The notes below the pieces were generated by a model. It saw nothing but the letters and a program-made list of their open reading frames with translations, did no database searches and had not been told where the DNA came from. From IMG/VR virus record IMGVR_UViG_3300041407_000207, positions 52,090 to 116,089 of that record: a stretch of 64,000 nt of DNA; one strand, written 5' to 3'. The position numbers and the translations under genes were made by a program. The stretch is from a virus (lineage: Duplodnaviria > Heunggongvirae > Uroviricota > Caudoviricetes). Below, piece after piece: positions 63,794-64,000 of this stretch. Position 1 is the first letter of the stretch; every line of letters begins with the position of its first letter.

Positions 63794-63862
63794 AACAAAC
63801 AGGGCTCGAACCTGCAACTCACGACAATTCGTGCATTCTACCGATTGAAATATTGTTCTTCC
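63794..63862 (-). ncRNA. tRNA-like RNA with a truncated anticodon arm, own promoter and a 3' UUCG hairpin
   Basis: D-loop AATCGGTAGAAT. T-arm GCAGG-TTCGAGC-CCTGT. 6-bp acceptor GAACAA/TTGTTC with a 1-72 mismatch. The anticodon region folds only as CACGA-ATTG-TCGTG (4-nt loop), so there is no canonical anticodon loop. Followed by GAGGGC-TTCG-GCCCTC (63777-63792). Confidence 0.4.
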
Positions 63863-63872
63863 TACAAAGTAC

Positions 63873-63880
63873 TTATACCA
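63873..63880 (-). promoter_or_regulatory. extended -10 box TGGTATAAGTAC driving the tRNA-like RNA
   Basis: Motif family. Predicted transcription start about 63865, at the 5' end of the tRNA-like element. Confidence 0.45.
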
Positions 63881-64000
63881 GCTACTTACCTGAGATACGA
63901 AAACCAACCCACCAGAGATCGAGTCGTACATACCAAAGGGTCTTTTCCAGACCTCCTCGTAATCCAATCTTTCGATTCTGTTCGTCCATGGGGATCTTGG

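Noticed and set aside
63710-63967. 85-aa minus-strand ORF at the window end
   Set aside because: Overlaps the tRNA-like RNA, its promoter and the upstream gene.

Overview
This 64-kb window reads as a contiguous slice of a virulent tailed dsDNA phage genome (about 47% GC). There is no integrase, repressor or attachment-site signature. It is organised as alternating blocks of opposite polarity, each ending at a hairpin plus T-run terminator.

Plus-strand blocks:
(i) 7917-35558: a long morphogenesis operon. It holds the large terminase, virion proteins, an embedded sigma-70-family sigma factor, three tandem tail-fibre paralogs carrying the tail-collar motif, a holin / signal-peptide lytic transglycosylase / i-spanin / o-spanin lysis cassette, and further fibre-like genes.
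(ii) 51444-54028: a Ser/Thr/Gly-rich fibre or spike gene and a small downstream gene.
(iii) 57470-60418: a PhoH ATPase, an SF2 helicase and a PL7-type alginate-lyase-like gene.

Minus-strand blocks, most preceded by a conserved extended -10 box TGGTATAA(C/G):
(a) 1840-6990: a seven-gene operon encoding a ThiF/MoeB-type E1-like enzyme, a JAB/MPN (JAMM) metalloprotease, a possible E2-like protein, a small beta-grasp/ThiS-like protein and three unknowns.
(b) 35550-51365: auxiliary genes including a DHH-DHHA1 phosphoesterase, RNase HI, a Ro60-like TROVE+vWA protein, a 1.3-kb promoter/terminator-delimited non-coding locus full of tRNA-like modules, a lambda-type Ser/Thr phosphatase, tRNA-Gly, a PhaZ-like mcl-PHA depolymerase, an HNH/AP2-like protein, an SPFH protein, a triplicated small-protein family and a DEDDh exonuclease.
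(c) 54071-57383: a Nampt-family plus Prs-family pair, i.e. an NAD+ reconstitution module.
(d) 60437-63967: small proteins, an SspB-like ClpX adaptor, tRNA-Arg, tRNA-Ser x2, tRNA-Met and a tRNA-like RNA with its own promoter.

Between the first minus block and the late operon (7100-7700) lies a 500-bp nested inverted-repeat structure built from about 15 TAGACA/TGTCTA hexamers around an AT-rich core. The host is inferred to be Pseudomonas-like from the PhaZ and alginate-lyase homologs; this is an inference only.

The most unusual content is the phage-encoded Ubl-like/E1/JAB operon, and the Ro60 ortholog with its adjacent tRNA-like non-coding RNA locus. All calls were made by eye from motifs; no database search was run.
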